In this document: piece by piece, positions 63,697-64,000 of the stretch
How positions within the stretch are numbered: position 1 is the stretch's first letter
How the letters are laid out: every line of letters begins with the position of its first letter
Made by a program: the position numbers and the translations under genes
The notes under the pieces: model-generated
The model's database searches: none
What the model saw: the letters and a program-made list of their open reading frames with translations, nothing else
Told to the model about the DNA's origin: nothing
Assembly: GCA_965201135.1 (NCBI GenBank)
Contig: OZ241751.1
Location: 86,706 to 150,705 of the forward strand
DNA length: 64,000 nt
Direction: 5' to 3'
From: Dehalococcoidia bacterium
GTDB taxonomy: Bacteria; Chloroflexota; Dehalococcoidia; Lucifugimonadales; Australimonadaceae

Positions 63697-63748
63697 ATTC
63701 CCACGTAGGCGGGAATGACGGGGAAGGGGTAGGTTCCCGCTTTCGCGG
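63697..63748. repeat. R1 (right part of the IS481 target) and a second R1 reverse
   Basis: ATTCCCACGTAGGCGGGAATGACG at 63697..63720 and GGTAGGTTCCCGCTTTCGCGG at 63727..63748. Confidence 0.8.
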
Positions 63749-63813
63749 CCAGTGCAGGCGTCGGTCGGGCGCGAGGGGACAGGCGCCGCGTACTTCGCCC
63801 TGCCTCGCGGCGA

Positions 63814-64000
63814 TCAGAGCGGAGAGACGACGTCCAAGTACTTCTGGCCGGCGCCGGTGCAGAGAAGCAGCGTCTCCGTCTCGGGAGCGAGGAAGCCTGA
63901 GGCGCGCAGTTTCCGGTAGGCCGCGAGCGTGGCGGCCGCTTCCGGCGCGGCCCAGATGCCCTCCGTCTCCGCCAACTCGCGCATCGCGGCGAGAATCTCC
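63814..64000 (-). CDS. C-terminal end of a PLP-dependent beta-family enzyme (threonine-synthase-like); 5' part outside window
   Basis: The reverse translation EILAAMRELAETEGIWAAPEAAATLAAYRKLRASGFL..LLLCTGAGQKYLDVVSPL* resembles the C-terminus of threonine synthase and related enzymes. It is not in the ORF track because its start lies off-window. Confidence 0.5.
   Translation of the reverse strand, partial: EILAAMRELAETEGIWAAPEAAATLAAYRKLRASGFLAPETETLLLCTGAGQKYLDVVSPL

Overview
High-GC bacterial chromosomal segment. Housekeeping genes are clpC, rpsA, an hspR-grpE-dnaK operon, trpA, ubiX and tRNA-Pro(GGG). They are interleaved with many catabolic or redox enzyme genes: CoxL-like molybdoenzyme, Rieske oxygenase, two crotonases, MmgE/PrpD, amidohydrolase, LLM/F420 and DUF385-type enzymes, SDR, cyclase, TctA and MFS transporters. 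That enzyme mix, together with PT-linker lipoproteins, suggests a Chloroflexota (SAR202-like) genome; this is an inference, not a demonstrated placement.

Notable content:
1. Three tandem giant secreted acidic Ig-repeat surface proteins (S-layer-like). They share a nearly identical signal peptide and RBS and a conserved C-terminal domain of about 175 aa. Two of the three also share a promoter and leader.
2. A DarT-DarG cassette inserted inside that paralog array.
3. A small accessory islet holding BrnT/BrnA and a translationally coupled two-nuclease cassette: a NucS/DUF4268-like protein with a C-terminal zinc ribbon, plus a Cas4-like Fe-S nuclease. No CRISPR or other cas genes are present.
4. 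A very dense set of modular hairpin repeats (REP/BIME-like mosaics, some in tandem arrays) in almost every long intergenic region.
5. An IS5-family element and two 100-bp MITEs with the same terminal inverted repeats. Each sits in a hairpin loop with a 5-bp duplication.
6. Two IS481-family copies inserted at the identical position of another hairpin repeat, in inverted orientation near the two window ends.
7. A third repeat family of about 220 bp with iteron-like inverted arms.

No rRNA, CRISPR array or prophage was seen. Many long ORFs in the track are antisense or out-of-frame artefacts of high GC.
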